A stretch of 64,000 bases of DNA, taken from the sequence record NC_047880.1. One strand, written 5' to 3'. Below the pieces are notes generated by a model. It saw only the letters and a program-made list of their open reading frames with translations. It was not told the origin of the DNA and searched no databases. A program made the position numbers and the translations under genes. The first letter of the stretch is position 1, and every line of letters begins with the position of its first letter. Shown here piece after piece: positions 36,201-45,777 of this stretch.

Positions 36201-36725
36201 ATGGAAAAGAATACTGATAGAAAAGTTGTTGTGCTTGATGCGTGTCAGTTTCAGCGTCTGATGCGTCTTGCACAGATCGGTTCGAGTGAGTGTGGTGAAC
36301 TGGATGCAGCCTCTGATATCATGCGCCATGCAATTAAGTTCAATCCTGAGCTTGCGCGTGACCGTAAACAAGAACTCCGTGAACGTGCTGAGGACTTAGC
36401 GTGGGATAAGCGCCAGCTAAGACGTTTGCGTCGTATGATGACTAACAAAACAGTTATGTCTTATACTAACGTTAACGGTGCGACCGCAGTCAGTAAGAAG
36501 CCTCGTACTTACTATCATCTTGATCATCCGAGCAACACAGCGGTTCCTGTGTATCTTACAGGCGTGTTTGATATCAAGCGGCTTCAAGTTAAGTTCGACT
36601 TCGCTGAACCTGATACTGATGCGCGTGACCTCGATTACCGTCGTGTCTCTCATATCAAGAACATCATGGAGACTCGTGAAGAGGTTCCGGCTACGTTCGA
36701 GATCATCGAGGGCAAGACAGAATGA
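36201..36725 (+). CDS. hypothetical protein
   Basis: Packed ORF. Confidence 0.6.
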   Translation: MEKNTDRKVVVLDACQFQRLMRLAQIGSSECGELDAASDIMRHAIKFNPELARDRKQELRERAEDLAWDKRQLRRLRRMMTNKTVMSYTNVNGATAVSKKPRTYYHLDHPSNTAVPVYLTGVFDIKRLQVKFDFAEPDTDARDLDYRRVSHIKNIMETREEVPATFEIIEGKTE

Positions 36726-37123
36726 AAGCACTGTCAATACGCCAGCCATGGGCTTGGTTGATCACACACGGTCATAAGAAGATTGAGAACCGTACGTGGG
36801 ATACTAAGAAGCGTGGACGGTTCTTGATTCATGCAAGCAGCAAGCGACCATCAGCCGACGATATGCGTGTTGCCAAAGAGATCTGCGATAAGCTCAACGT
36901 CTGCCTGCCTCAAGCGATGGACTTCTCACTCGGTTGCATCGTAGGTTACGCAACTCTTACAGGCACAGTGACTGAATCGTCAGACCCATTCTTCTTCGGT
37001 CCTGTTGGTCATACTCTGCAAGACTGCAACATAGTCGAGCCTGTTCGTTTCAAAGGTGCATTGAGTTTCTTCTCAACACCATTCACTATTCATAAAGGCG
37101 AGTTAGTTAAGGAAATCAAATGA
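36722..37123 (+). CDS. ASCH domain protein
   Basis: MKALSIRQPWAWLI..G.KKIENR.W...RG..LIHAS signature. Confidence 0.9.
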   Translation: MKALSIRQPWAWLITHGHKKIENRTWDTKKRGRFLIHASSKRPSADDMRVAKEICDKLNVCLPQAMDFSLGCIVGYATLTGTVTESSDPFFFGPVGHTLQDCNIVEPVRFKGALSFFSTPFTIHKGELVKEIK

Positions 37124-37755
37124 TCACAGAACATGAGCAACACGCAGCGCAGCAGGTATTGAATGTCCTCGAAACAATGCGCACTATGTCGAAAGAGCGT
37201 GGCTTTGAAGTGAGTGAAGACCAGAAGAGTATTATGCGTATTCAGTACAGCGGCTTCACAGGCCGTCAGGACTATGAGCACTACGCACTTGCTAAGATGG
37301 GTCTTATTTCCGCTGTAACAGGCACACCCATGTCAGTTGATTTTGACAAGCGTCACGGTGTCTTGCAGCCCAAGGTAGATGTTGATAACTTGGAGACTAT
37401 CGCCAACATCTTCCGCAAACTGAATAAAGGTCTGAGCGCGTTTGTATCTGAACAAGATCTTCTGGGGCCGTCTCACGTTGTATGGCATATGCCTCCTACT
37501 CCTGGTATTAACTCCACTGAATCAGAGCGTAGCGCTCATGCTGTTCTTGAGAACATCTACGAGTCAGGTGCTTTCCGTAATCGTACCTTTAACAGAGATG
37601 CCTTCATCTACCTGTATCTAACTGATCGCTTTACTTACGTTGTAAACACAGATGCAGACGGTTCACATGAACGCCATGTCGATGTGCCTGAAGAACTTCT
37701 TCCACAGTTCAGTCAAAGTGTTTTGCGTATCGTAGAGCTTGTAGCTGCCGGATAA
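37120..37755 (+). CDS. hypothetical protein
   Basis: ATGA overlap. Confidence 0.6.
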   Translation: MITEHEQHAAQQVLNVLETMRTMSKERGFEVSEDQKSIMRIQYSGFTGRQDYEHYALAKMGLISAVTGTPMSVDFDKRHGVLQPKVDVDNLETIANIFRKLNKGLSAFVSEQDLLGPSHVVWHMPPTPGINSTESERSAHAVLENIYESGAFRNRTFNRDAFIYLYLTDRFTYVVNTDADGSHERHVDVPEELLPQFSQSVLRIVELVAAG

Positions 37756-37761
37756 AAATAG

Positions 37762-37785
37762 TGGGTGGCTTCGGCTGCCCATTTT
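37762..37785 (+). terminator. Rho-independent terminator
   Basis: TGGGTGGC-TTCG-GCTGCCCA-TTTT. Confidence 0.75.
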
Positions 37786-37800
37786 GCATTTGGAGGACGT

Positions 37801-38211
37801 ATGTTACCTTTTGGGCCTAGAACGACTGTCGTCAACATGAGGAACGGCAACAAGAATTTTGATGTGCGGATTGACAGGCAAAGCGAATGGGGTAACAAAT
37901 ATCACATGCGTCGAGACACACTTGAAGAACGCAACCGAGTGTGTGACGAACATGCAACAAGTCTTTGGCTCAAGATTTATAGCGGAGATATAACCCTCAG
38001 CCAACTTGATGCACTATACGGTAAACGTCTAGGCTGTTGGTGTTTCCCTAAACGTTGTCACGGTAACGACATTGTAGAGGCTGTCGAGTGGGCACACGCA
38101 ACACTCTGTAAATGGGAACGTATAAAGCGTACATACAGGAAGAGACGAAATGCAGCAGCAAAAGCTAAAAGCAAAAACTCTAATCACAAGAAGAAAGTTT
38201 CTCGGAAGTAG
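37801..38211 (+). CDS. DUF4326 family protein
   Basis: DVRIDRQSEWGNKY...LYGKRLGCWCFPKRCHG; GGAGG RBS before 37801. Confidence 0.8.
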   Translation: MLPFGPRTTVVNMRNGNKNFDVRIDRQSEWGNKYHMRRDTLEERNRVCDEHATSLWLKIYSGDITLSQLDALYGKRLGCWCFPKRCHGNDIVEAVEWAHATLCKWERIKRTYRKRRNAAAKAKSKNSNHKKKVSRK

Positions 38212-38716
38212 TCCTTCAATGAAGGCTATTAGCTGGGAAGTATTTCTCAGCAATTTTAGTGGCAGTGCGTATGGACAGTTTCGCCTAGCGTGGGGAGCCT
38301 CTTGTGTGACGATTCACACGCTTGACCAAAGCTCTCGCGCTAAGTCAGACACAGAGTACCTTGAGAAGCTCGACAAAGTTGTTGATGCACTCAAGAAGTT
38401 CTCTGATATACTTGGCAAGAAGGGCGTACAGGCTGCGTATCGTGATTGGCTTAATCCGCTAGACACCTCTGCAACTGGCAGCATTGCATATCATTACGAT
38501 GTGGACAGTGCAGAAACAATGGTGTATTTCGAACTGGCCTCGTGTGACGATAAGATACGAATCTATCCACACCACTTCCCTCGACCTCAATTAAAGAACA
38601 TGCAAAAGTGTATGGATAGCATAAGGGTCGAAATAGCCAATCACAGGCTCACTTTCACTCGTTTGATGCAGCAGATAGAATCTGTAAATATAGAGCAAGA
38701 GAAAGCTTGTTCTTAA
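38150..38716 (+). CDS. hypothetical protein
   Basis: Packed ORF. Confidence 0.55.
   Translation: MQQQKLKAKTLITRRKFLGSSPSMKAISWEVFLSNFSGSAYGQFRLAWGASCVTIHTLDQSSRAKSDTEYLEKLDKVVDALKKFSDILGKKGVQAAYRDWLNPLDTSATGSIAYHYDVDSAETMVYFELASCDDKIRIYPHHFPRPQLKNMQKCMDSIRVEIANHRLTFTRLMQQIESVNIEQEKACS
38681..38690 (+). promoter_or_regulatory. TCTGTAAATA motif
   Basis: About 40 nt before ATG 38732. Confidence 0.45.
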
Positions 38717-38731
38717 ATTGAGGTATATTCT

Positions 38732-38962
38732 ATGGACCACAAAGATTTCGTAATTGCGGTATTTGTGTGTTGTGGACTGATTGCAGCAGTAACAGTTAAT
38801 GTGTTTGCAGTTCGGTCTGAGCGCAAAGCAAGAGCGAGTTATTGGGCTACGCCTACAATCGCTGTTGTGCAACGTCGCTACCGCATTGCCCGTCGAGTCT
38901 CACTCGCAACAATCGTGCTGGCTATTGTGATTATGGCTTTCGCATTCGGAGCACACGCATGA
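38732..38962 (+). CDS. small two-TM membrane protein
   Basis: Two hydrophobic segments; GAGG RBS. Confidence 0.65.
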   Translation: MDHKDFVIAVFVCCGLIAAVTVNVFAVRSERKARASYWATPTIAVVQRRYRIARRVSLATIVLAIVIMAFAFGAHA

Positions 38963-39078
38963 ACAGCAATGAGGAATCGCCGTGGTCTGCATTTGTCATG
39001 GGTCTTTTACTCGGACTGTTCTTAGGTCTGTCTGTTGCAGCGTTCGCAGTTAAATATGGAGTGTTCATAAAACTATGA
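38959..39078 (+). CDS. 39-aa membrane peptide
   Basis: AFVMGLLLGLFLGLSVAAFAV; ATGA overlaps at both ends. Confidence 0.6.
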   Translation: MNSNEESPWSAFVMGLLLGLFLGLSVAAFAVKYGVFIKL

Positions 39079-39587
39079 GCTACACAATGATTGTTCAGCA
39101 CAATATAAAGCTGAAAGCAGACACGCCTAAGATCGTGTTGCAGCGTCTGCGTGAGTGGCACAACTGCCCATGGGCGCATGATCAGCTTGAGCGAGCCTAC
39201 AGCATTGATGTGTATCGTGCTCTTGGTGCAGGCTGTGGCGGTCAGTACGGTAACTTGAAAGCTGAAAGCGTATTCAACACAGGCAGCGGTGTTGTGTCTC
39301 ACGTCCGCACTACTGCGTTGTTCAGCCGAGGTCGAAAGGGTGCTGACGCCCTGCTTCCGTTCTTCGAATGTCTTGCCGAATATGTACAAAACACGGATGA
39401 AGTGATTGCTGTCATTCGAGGCGAAGACATGCTGTACGATCAGAACGAAGGCGTGACCAACATGTTCGAAGAAGTACCGAAGCGTTACGGCTACTATGAA
39501 GTGCGTATCGTTTATGGCCATGCTAAGATCGAATACGTGGTCAACGACATTTATGAAGTCCTACCGTGGGTGACTTATGCTTATTAA
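39075..39587 (+). CDS. hypothetical protein
   Basis: Coupled ORF. Confidence 0.6.
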   Translation: MSYTMIVQHNIKLKADTPKIVLQRLREWHNCPWAHDQLERAYSIDVYRALGAGCGGQYGNLKAESVFNTGSGVVSHVRTTALFSRGRKGADALLPFFECLAEYVQNTDEVIAVIRGEDMLYDQNEGVTNMFEEVPKRYGYYEVRIVYGHAKIEYVVNDIYEVLPWVTYAY

Positions 39588-40257
39588 CGTTGCTAAATTT
39601 GTGGCGACCACTGCACACGCCGGTCAGACACGCAAGTTCTCTGGTCTGCCGTACATCACTCACCCAGCAGGTGTTGTTGCTTTCCTCGAAAAGTTTAATG
39701 TAGGTGAAAACATTCTGGCTGCTGCTTGGTGCCACGATGTGATTGAAGATACGTCGATCACCTACGAATCACTTGAGCTTGTTATCGGCACTCAAGTGAC
39801 AGATATCGTTCAGGAACTCACGAACTACAAATTCCCTGAAGGTACGTCGCGTGTTACTGAATACTGGGCAAACGTGATGCGCCTTGTACAGTCCAGTCAC
39901 CAAGCACAGACAGGTAAGTGTGGGGATGTGTACGATAACTGCAAAGACGTGTACGCGCAAGACCCTGTGTACGGTGCACGTTTTATCGCAGAGAAATTCT
40001 TCCTCGTGCGTTTGCTTTATCTCGCTCAAGGTGATGTTCGCCAAGCGGTACTCGATCTTCTTGCTGATGTTTATCGCTCAATGACGGCTGAACACCGTCA
40101 GTTCTGTCTGGCTTATATCGGATATCTCAACGAAGACGTACCTGCCAGCTATCTCGATTTATATCGTGCTGCTAAAATCGCTGCGGGTTCAGGTACATCA
40201 CGGTTCGTTGGTGCAGAGGATTTCTTCCATGGAACTACCGCAATTCAAAACTCGTGA
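39577..40257 (+). CDS. HD-domain hydrolase, SpoT/Mesh1-like
   Basis: AHAGQTRK..G.PYITHP..V, AAWCHDVIEDT, KCGD..DN. Confidence 0.85.
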   Translation: MLINVAKFVATTAHAGQTRKFSGLPYITHPAGVVAFLEKFNVGENILAAAWCHDVIEDTSITYESLELVIGTQVTDIVQELTNYKFPEGTSRVTEYWANVMRLVQSSHQAQTGKCGDVYDNCKDVYAQDPVYGARFIAEKFFLVRLLYLAQGDVRQAVLDLLADVYRSMTAEHRQFCLAYIGYLNEDVPASYLDLYRAAKIAAGSGTSRFVGAEDFFHGTTAIQNS

Positions 40258-40579
40258 TGTGCGTGTGTCCGATATCACAATCGTAAGTGATACAGCAAAG
40301 GCTTCTGTCATAGTGACTGAGACGCGCTACTGGGGATTGTCCACTAAGCGTCTTGTTGTTGCTTGCTCTTGCGCTAACATCAAACGCAAGAAGGTCTGCT
40401 GGCTGTCTGAGCACAATATCTTCATTGACGAAGAGTCCGATGTTCATCAGGCTCTCACCAACACGTTAAAGGATATGCGTCGTATGTCCTTTGTTGTCTT
40501 CAACCAACTGCTTGCATATCGTTTGCAGATTCATATTAGGAAACATCATGGCCGCAATACAACTCCTGTTCTATCCTGA
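40229..40579 (+). CDS. hypothetical protein
   Basis: GAGGA before ATG 40229. Confidence 0.5.
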   Translation: MELPQFKTRDVRVSDITIVSDTAKASVIVTETRYWGLSTKRLVVACSCANIKRKKVCWLSEHNIFIDEESDVHQALTNTLKDMRRMSFVVFNQLLAYRLQIHIRKHHGRNTTPVLS

Positions 40580-40934
40580 TGTGAAGGATGAAAAGCTGTT
40601 TGTTGAACAACGTTTCGGCAGAAGCATTTTGTTCATGCACGGTATCAGTCCAATGTCTGTGTATCGCGCTGACTCACGCCCTCTCGAATTTCGTCTGTAT
40701 CAGGTCAATGGTAGCAAGACCTATACGATGGATAAGGGACCTCGCAATAAAGATATTGAACAGTTGCTTAATCTCAAACTCGTTAAGCAATGGACGTTAG
40801 TCCGTCGTAACAACCGTATCTTTTATGTCGGCGAATGCTCGGAAGCAATCATCGCTGATACAATTCCATTAGGCACACAAGTAGAAGGTGAAGAAGATGC
40901 TCGGAGATGTTTTAAGTCAACCAATCCCCTTTGA
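40548..40934 (+). CDS. hypothetical protein
   Basis: AGGA before ATG 40548. Confidence 0.55.
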   Translation: MAAIQLLFYPDVKDEKLFVEQRFGRSILFMHGISPMSVYRADSRPLEFRLYQVNGSKTYTMDKGPRNKDIEQLLNLKLVKQWTLVRRNNRIFYVGECSEAIIADTIPLGTQVEGEEDARRCFKSTNPL

Positions 40935-41514
40935 GCCGCAGGATATCGAGTTGTACTGGAAAGGTCGTACATACATCGAAGCTGCTCACATGGCGCACTT
41001 AGCTGACGAAGACCCGTTTAAGAATACCATCTCTTATGAGTATCTTGCACCGTTCCTCGAAGAGGCTGCTGTTAAGATCCAACTCGAACGTTCGACTGTA
41101 GACGGTTCATCAACACTTCCTGCTGCAAAGTTTGATGACGATAACGAACTTGAACCTCGTTACGTTGTTATGCTGGCGTTGTTGATCGACTCTGAAAAGC
41201 CTGTCGAAGGTAAAGCAGTCAAAGCGTTAGCTCGCCTGTCGAAAGCTGAGAAAGATAAGAAGATCATTATCGTTCTTGGTGGTGTTAAAACACAACTCGG
41301 TCGTGCGTTGCTCGAAGAGATGCAGCAAGATCGTTTAATGGTATCTGATACGCATCTGTTCTCGGAGTTCGAAAACGTTCCGCGTGGTGTTAGACAGAAG
41401 CCCGAGTATAACCTGTCCGTGCGCGATCAACATCAAGCGCGAGCGAAAGCAAACAGGAACCAAATGCAGAAGGCTCGTATGCCGCGCACTAACTTCAAAG
41501 GCAGAGGCCGATGA
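40888..41514 (+). CDS. hypothetical protein, basic C-terminus
   Basis: Packed ORF. Confidence 0.55.
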   Translation: MKKMLGDVLSQPIPFEPQDIELYWKGRTYIEAAHMAHLADEDPFKNTISYEYLAPFLEEAAVKIQLERSTVDGSSTLPAAKFDDDNELEPRYVVMLALLIDSEKPVEGKAVKALARLSKAEKDKKIIIVLGGVKTQLGRALLEEMQQDRLMVSDTHLFSEFENVPRGVRQKPEYNLSVRDQHQARAKANRNQMQKARMPRTNFKGRGR

Positions 41515-41849
41515 TAAGCTACTTCGCTGTAGAGTATCTGAATAATGTTCCTCAGCGTGTGTATTTGTTTCCACCAGAAGCTGACCCTACTGCAAGTAGT
41601 TATCGCGCGGTGATATCTGCTGGTGCTTTTGATACAGCTATGTGTTCAGGCTGTTTGAAAGATCCAAATCAAAGACGCTTCTGGCTGATGCGCCCTCAAG
41701 AATGGGCAATTCAGTTAAAAGTTGATGAACGTTGGCGTCCACGTGGTATCCCTCCTCTTGTTGCTGATCTAGAACAGATCAAACAAGACGACTTGTGGAC
41801 TTTCTATCGCACTATCGGATATGATTATAAAAAGAAGAAATTCATTTGA
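41511..41849 (+). CDS. hypothetical protein
   Basis: ATGA overlap. Confidence 0.6.
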   Translation: MISYFAVEYLNNVPQRVYLFPPEADPTASSYRAVISAGAFDTAMCSGCLKDPNQRRFWLMRPQEWAIQLKVDERWRPRGIPPLVADLEQIKQDDLWTFYRTIGYDYKKKKFI

Positions 41850-41999
41850 CACGCAACCCACCATCTCTGCCTCTTTCCGCTATCTGTCTGCAAGAGGTAT
41901 CAGAGCGTAGCCGCGTATATCTGGAGACGCTGAATAGCAATAATCTTGAAGGGCAGTGTATCAGTCACGTTGTCGATGCAGCCCTCGTACGAGGTCATT

Positions 42000-42338
42000 A
42001 TGCAGCACAACCTGTTGCTTCCGCAGTGGAAGACAGAAGTCTTGTCGCTGATAGTTGAAGAAGGCAGAGCGGTCGGTGTAGTGCGTTCTTCGCTTGTCCG
42101 TAAGTCTAAGACTATTATGACTTGGACTAAATCGTATCTGTGCATGGATATAACTCGTCGTGAGTTCTTCTGGTCTGACGTTACGAACCTGAAAGACTTG
42201 CGTCAATCAAACAACGCAGCCAAAGCATTAAGTAAAAGACTGCGTACCGAATTAGCCTCTTTAATTGCAGAAGGTAAACTTGATGGTTCAGTCATTAGAT
42301 CACTTGAGCATCGGAAGCCCGTTACCGAACAGCTCTGA
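42000..42338 (+). CDS. hypothetical protein
   Basis: GAGG before ATG 42000; may be part of a longer frameshifted gene. Confidence 0.45.
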   Translation: MQHNLLLPQWKTEVLSLIVEEGRAVGVVRSSLVRKSKTIMTWTKSYLCMDITRREFFWSDVTNLKDLRQSNNAAKALSKRLRTELASLIAEGKLDGSVIRSLEHRKPVTEQL

Positions 42339-43011
42339 CTTAATCGCACAGCAGATGATTAACGGTCAGATTGAAGTAATGAACAACCTGTGGTCGCTGC
42401 ACAACTACAGTTCAGTAGTATTGCGTAGCACACCTGAGTTGGGTAAAGAGCTGCTTAATGGTAGCTGGACGTTTACGCCACCTTACGTTGAAAAGCAGAA
42501 GCATCCTCTGTCTTACGTGCTTGGCCATATGCAAAGTATTCCGGGTCGTGGCTATAACGATCTGATGATCGACCTGTGCACTAAGGCAGAGCAAGAGTTT
42601 TATTACGGACCTCTTCGTGCGCTTCGTCGATTCATTCTCAATGAAAACAAACCCAATGATCGTGAGCAATTAAAGTTGCCTGATTTCTGGTACGTTAATC
42701 TGGATAAGACGGATGCTCGCAACGTTATCGGTGTTGTTAATCAGTATTGCACAGGTATGCCTTGTATCGCAAAAGACTGCTCAAGTGCATTGTATCTGTA
42801 TCTCGCTGATTGCGCAGACACCAGTCTGGACGTAGTTGAAGAATCTCATATCTTAGTGTCCTCGAAAGGCAGCACGAAAGTCCTGTACGGACATGCTCCA
42901 GATGTGGGTTACGTTGATATGACCTCAATCTTCAACTTCCTGTGTTCGCCGTTTGAGCACGGTCTGAAACAAGACATTTTGCAGCAATATCGTAAAGCAG
43001 TAAATCTGTAA
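42265..43011 (+). CDS. hypothetical protein (start uncertain)
   Basis: Long ORF lacking a clear RBS. Confidence 0.5.
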   Translation: MQKVNLMVQSLDHLSIGSPLPNSSDLIAQQMINGQIEVMNNLWSLHNYSSVVLRSTPELGKELLNGSWTFTPPYVEKQKHPLSYVLGHMQSIPGRGYNDLMIDLCTKAEQEFYYGPLRALRRFILNENKPNDREQLKLPDFWYVNLDKTDARNVIGVVNQYCTGMPCIAKDCSSALYLYLADCADTSLDVVEESHILVSSKGSTKVLYGHAPDVGYVDMTSIFNFLCSPFEHGLKQDILQQYRKAVNL

Positions 43012-43014
43012 ATA
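43005..43014 (+). promoter_or_regulatory. TCTGTAAATA motif
   Basis: Overlaps stop codon, precedes the 43072 gene pair. Confidence 0.5.
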
Positions 43015-43071
43015 CTAGTTGCTGATTTGAAATATACACATAACTTTTAACTGAATGGAAAGGTATTATCT

Positions 43072-43767
43072 ATGTCAAAGAAATTGGTAAGTGGTTCTGA
43101 TGCGAAAGTGACTCGCGGCGGTGCTTCTGCTCCACGCACTTTGTCCTCTGTTGCGCAAGACCCTGTTGCAGGCAAAGCGTTGCAGGCGAGCGCTGTTATC
43201 GGTTCTCAAACCCTGGCCGGACGTCTGACTGAACGTGTTTACGATCTGACTAATTCCACGTCTCGTCTGGAAAGCGTGTTGATGACACTGGGCGTTCTCG
43301 AATCTGTTCCTACCGCAGGCACAGACGATAAAGCAGTACACCCACACAATAACGTGCTGGCGATTCTGAACGAAAACCTGGGCGATTCGCTGCGTTATCT
43401 TGATCGCGTAACCTTCAAAGCTGTCTATGGTAATGCTGATGCCATGGACGATGAAGTAGATGAAGACGGCGACACCAAGAAAGTTGCGCAGGAAGAGCCT
43501 GTGATTGCGTCCACAGCTTTCGGCCGTGAAGTGCATCGCAGCGCCCGCACAAATCTGGGCTACCTTGAAATTTACGTTGAACGTGTGTACCGCGTACGTT
43601 CATCTCTGTTGGGTGATTCATCAGGCTCACTCGCCAACGATCGTGTGGAAGATAGCGGCGTTGCGCAGTGTATTGAATCTGTGCTCACTCGTCTGTCAAA
43701 CGCACAGAGTGTTATCGAAACTCTGATCGATGAACTGAACTACAACCTGCTGGGTGGTGTGCAATAA
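43072..43767 (+). CDS. hypothetical helical protein
   Basis: AAGG RBS; heptad-like segments. Confidence 0.65.
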   Translation: MSKKLVSGSDAKVTRGGASAPRTLSSVAQDPVAGKALQASAVIGSQTLAGRLTERVYDLTNSTSRLESVLMTLGVLESVPTAGTDDKAVHPHNNVLAILNENLGDSLRYLDRVTFKAVYGNADAMDDEVDEDGDTKKVAQEEPVIASTAFGREVHRSARTNLGYLEIYVERVYRVRSSLLGDSSGSLANDRVEDSGVAQCIESVLTRLSNAQSVIETLIDELNYNLLGGVQ

Positions 43768-44588
43768 TGTCTGACGCAATCAAACAAGATGACAAAGGTC
43801 ATTACCGCATAGTGCGTGGTGCTGGTGGTCGCTTCGAACGTCAGTATCTTCCACAGTCTGAAATCGGTCCGACTGGTCCTGTTGGCGGCATCGGCGATGT
43901 TGGTGCTGGTAACGAAAGCCAGATCCACGATCATCAGTTCATCATCCCTGCGATTCAGGAAGATGAAATTCGTTTCAACTTGCCTGCCGGTAAGCGTCTG
44001 GTCGAAGAGAACGTCCGCCTGATCAATGAGATTCAGCGTCTGTCTAACAACCTATACACCTTCGGCCAGATCAACGAAAACAATTTTGCCGAACTGCGCG
44101 ACAGCATCGAAACCGCATACACAGGTGACGATGAAGATATCGACGAAGTTGTTGATACTGCATCCTACATTAGCGTGTTGTCTTTACGTCTCTCCCGCGC
44201 ATATCGTACAGCACGTTCGGACAGTCCGCGTTATGTAATGGCGACGCATTCCTCGCACACGTTCTACGCTCTGCAATATCTGCTCGGTATGGTTTATCCT
44301 GAATCTGCGGGTGTTGAACGTTCTTCTGGTGCTGTTGGCCGCATCAACGTATCTCCTGAGCCTCGTGAAGTGTTGTCTGATCTTATCTACACGTACAACA
44401 TCATTCAGGAAACGCTGGGTAGCCTGGGCATGGACTTAGTCGGCGTAGTGCCTGAAGAAGTTGGTGCTAACATGACTATTCCTGATCAGTTCTCACTGAT
44501 TGAAATGGTTAACGGTGCAATTGACCTGACCAACTATCTGGTTGAACGACTGGATAGCGTGAACAATCTGCTCGAACAGCACATCTAA
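43767..44588 (+). CDS. hypothetical helical protein
   Basis: TAATG coupling. Confidence 0.65.
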   Translation: MSDAIKQDDKGHYRIVRGAGGRFERQYLPQSEIGPTGPVGGIGDVGAGNESQIHDHQFIIPAIQEDEIRFNLPAGKRLVEENVRLINEIQRLSNNLYTFGQINENNFAELRDSIETAYTGDDEDIDEVVDTASYISVLSLRLSRAYRTARSDSPRYVMATHSSHTFYALQYLLGMVYPESAGVERSSGAVGRINVSPEPREVLSDLIYTYNIIQETLGSLGMDLVGVVPEEVGANMTIPDQFSLIEMVNGAIDLTNYLVERLDSVNNLLEQHI

Positions 44589-44605
44589 AAATCTGTACAA
44601 GATCG

Positions 44606-44643
44606 AAAAAGGGCGGCCCTCAATCAAGAGAGTCGCCCTTTTT
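44606..44643. terminator. bidirectional terminator at strand switch
   Basis: AAAAAGGGCG...CGCCCTTTTT between convergent blocks. Confidence 0.85.
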
Positions 44644-44648
44644 ATTTG

Positions 44649-45113
44649 CTACAACGCTAATCCTATCCCAATCGCAGCCGCAATGCGAGTCAACCACAAT
44701 TGGAAATCAGCAGACTTCTGATCTTCAATACGTGCCTTACGCTCTGCAACTAGATCTTCTGATAGACCGTTCGCTCTCACCTCTTCGGCTTGAGCAAGAC
44801 GCAGCAACTTATTGCGTTCGTCTACGGTAAGGTTCAGTACATCGAGTAACTTGTTTCGCTCTTCGGTACGGTCTTTAGCAGACTGATAGAGCGTTATTAA
44901 ATCAACCATTCCCTTTTTATCGAGAACTGCAACCTTCTGCTTGTCTATCTCTTTGACAGTAACAGTCGGCTTAGCAGGAACAGGCTCTTTGTCCCATTCT
45001 ACTTTGTTGATTTGTTGAACATCCTGCATAGTCGTTTTCTTCTGGGCATCAATATTGCTTAGACCAGAACATCCAACGAGGAACAGTGACAGTACGAGCA
45101 CGATTATTTTCAT
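44649..45113 (-). CDS. spanin-like lipoprotein with C-terminal hydrophobic segment
   Basis: Lipobox LVGC followed by Ser; coiled coil; ends LWLTRIAAAIGIGLAL. Confidence 0.7.
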   Translation of the reverse strand: MKIIVLVLSLFLVGCSGLSNIDAQKKTTMQDVQQINKVEWDKEPVPAKPTVTVKEIDKQKVAVLDKKGMVDLITLYQSAKDRTEERNKLLDVLNLTVDERNKLLRLAQAEEVRANGLSEDLVAERKARIEDQKSADFQLWLTRIAAAIGIGLAL

Positions 45114-45403
45114 AGCTTATTGTACTTATTGACCAGCTCATCCATACTGTCGTCTTCGCTTGGTGGTTTGCTTGTCGTCTCAGGCTTCCGCTCGTTCAGT
45201 TCTTTCACCGCCTCGTTAACAGTCTTGCTATCATCGACTTGGTTCTTGATTGCTGCTTCGCGCGTATTGTCTGCGGCTTTCTGCTCACCTGCTGTAGTAG
45301 ACTCTGCTTTCGGACGACGGAATAACAACGCAGTCACGATCAACACAGCTACAGATGCGAAAACCTTCCAGTATTTCTGAATCACTTCAAGGGCCTTTGA
45401 CAT
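45110..45403 (-). CDS. i-spanin-like type II membrane protein
   Basis: N-terminal TM VFASVAVLIVTALLF, helical periplasmic part; overlaps lipoprotein start. Confidence 0.6.
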   Translation of the reverse strand: MSKALEVIQKYWKVFASVAVLIVTALLFRRPKAESTTAGEQKAADNTREAAIKNQVDDSKTVNEAVKELNERKPETTSKPPSEDDSMDELVNKYNKL

Positions 45404-45415
45404 TGTACTACCTCG

Positions 45416-45721
45416 CTATTCTTTACCCGGCTCCTGCTTCTCTGCTTTAGTCGTCTGCAAGTTGACAAGATTCTCAACGGTAAACGCTAACGAGAAATAG
45501 GTCAAATGATCTGTCTGGCCATTCATCAGAAGACCGATGAACATACCGGTAGACACGAAGATTGCCGCGATGGAGGAGATAGGATTCAACGTCCAATACT
45601 CTTTCCAGTTTAAGCCTTCGCGCTTAGTCTTAACAACATAGTTCATCAAGACACCGCCAACGTATGACAGAAAGAAAGCTACAATCTGAATAGTCGGCAT
45701 TTGGGATAAAGCATCACCCAT
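45416..45721 (-). CDS. holin-like membrane protein
   Basis: 2-3 TM segments, charged C-terminus, upstream of spanins; GGAG RBS before ATG 45721. Confidence 0.55.
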   Translation of the reverse strand: MGDALSQMPTIQIVAFFLSYVGGVLMNYVVKTKREGLNWKEYWTLNPISSIAAIFVSTGMFIGLLMNGQTDHLTYFSLAFTVENLVNLQTTKAEKQEPGKE

Positions 45722-45777
45722 GTTCAAAACTCCATATTGGACAAAAAGAAAGGGCAGCCGAAGCCACCCTCTATTCA

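Noticed and set aside
1-44588. Numerous minus-strand and alternate-frame ORFs in the track (e.g. 2778, 19433, 22274, 38931)
   Set aside because: They are shadows of well-supported + strand genes and lack RBS or motifs; the same applies to + strand ORFs beyond 44.6 kb
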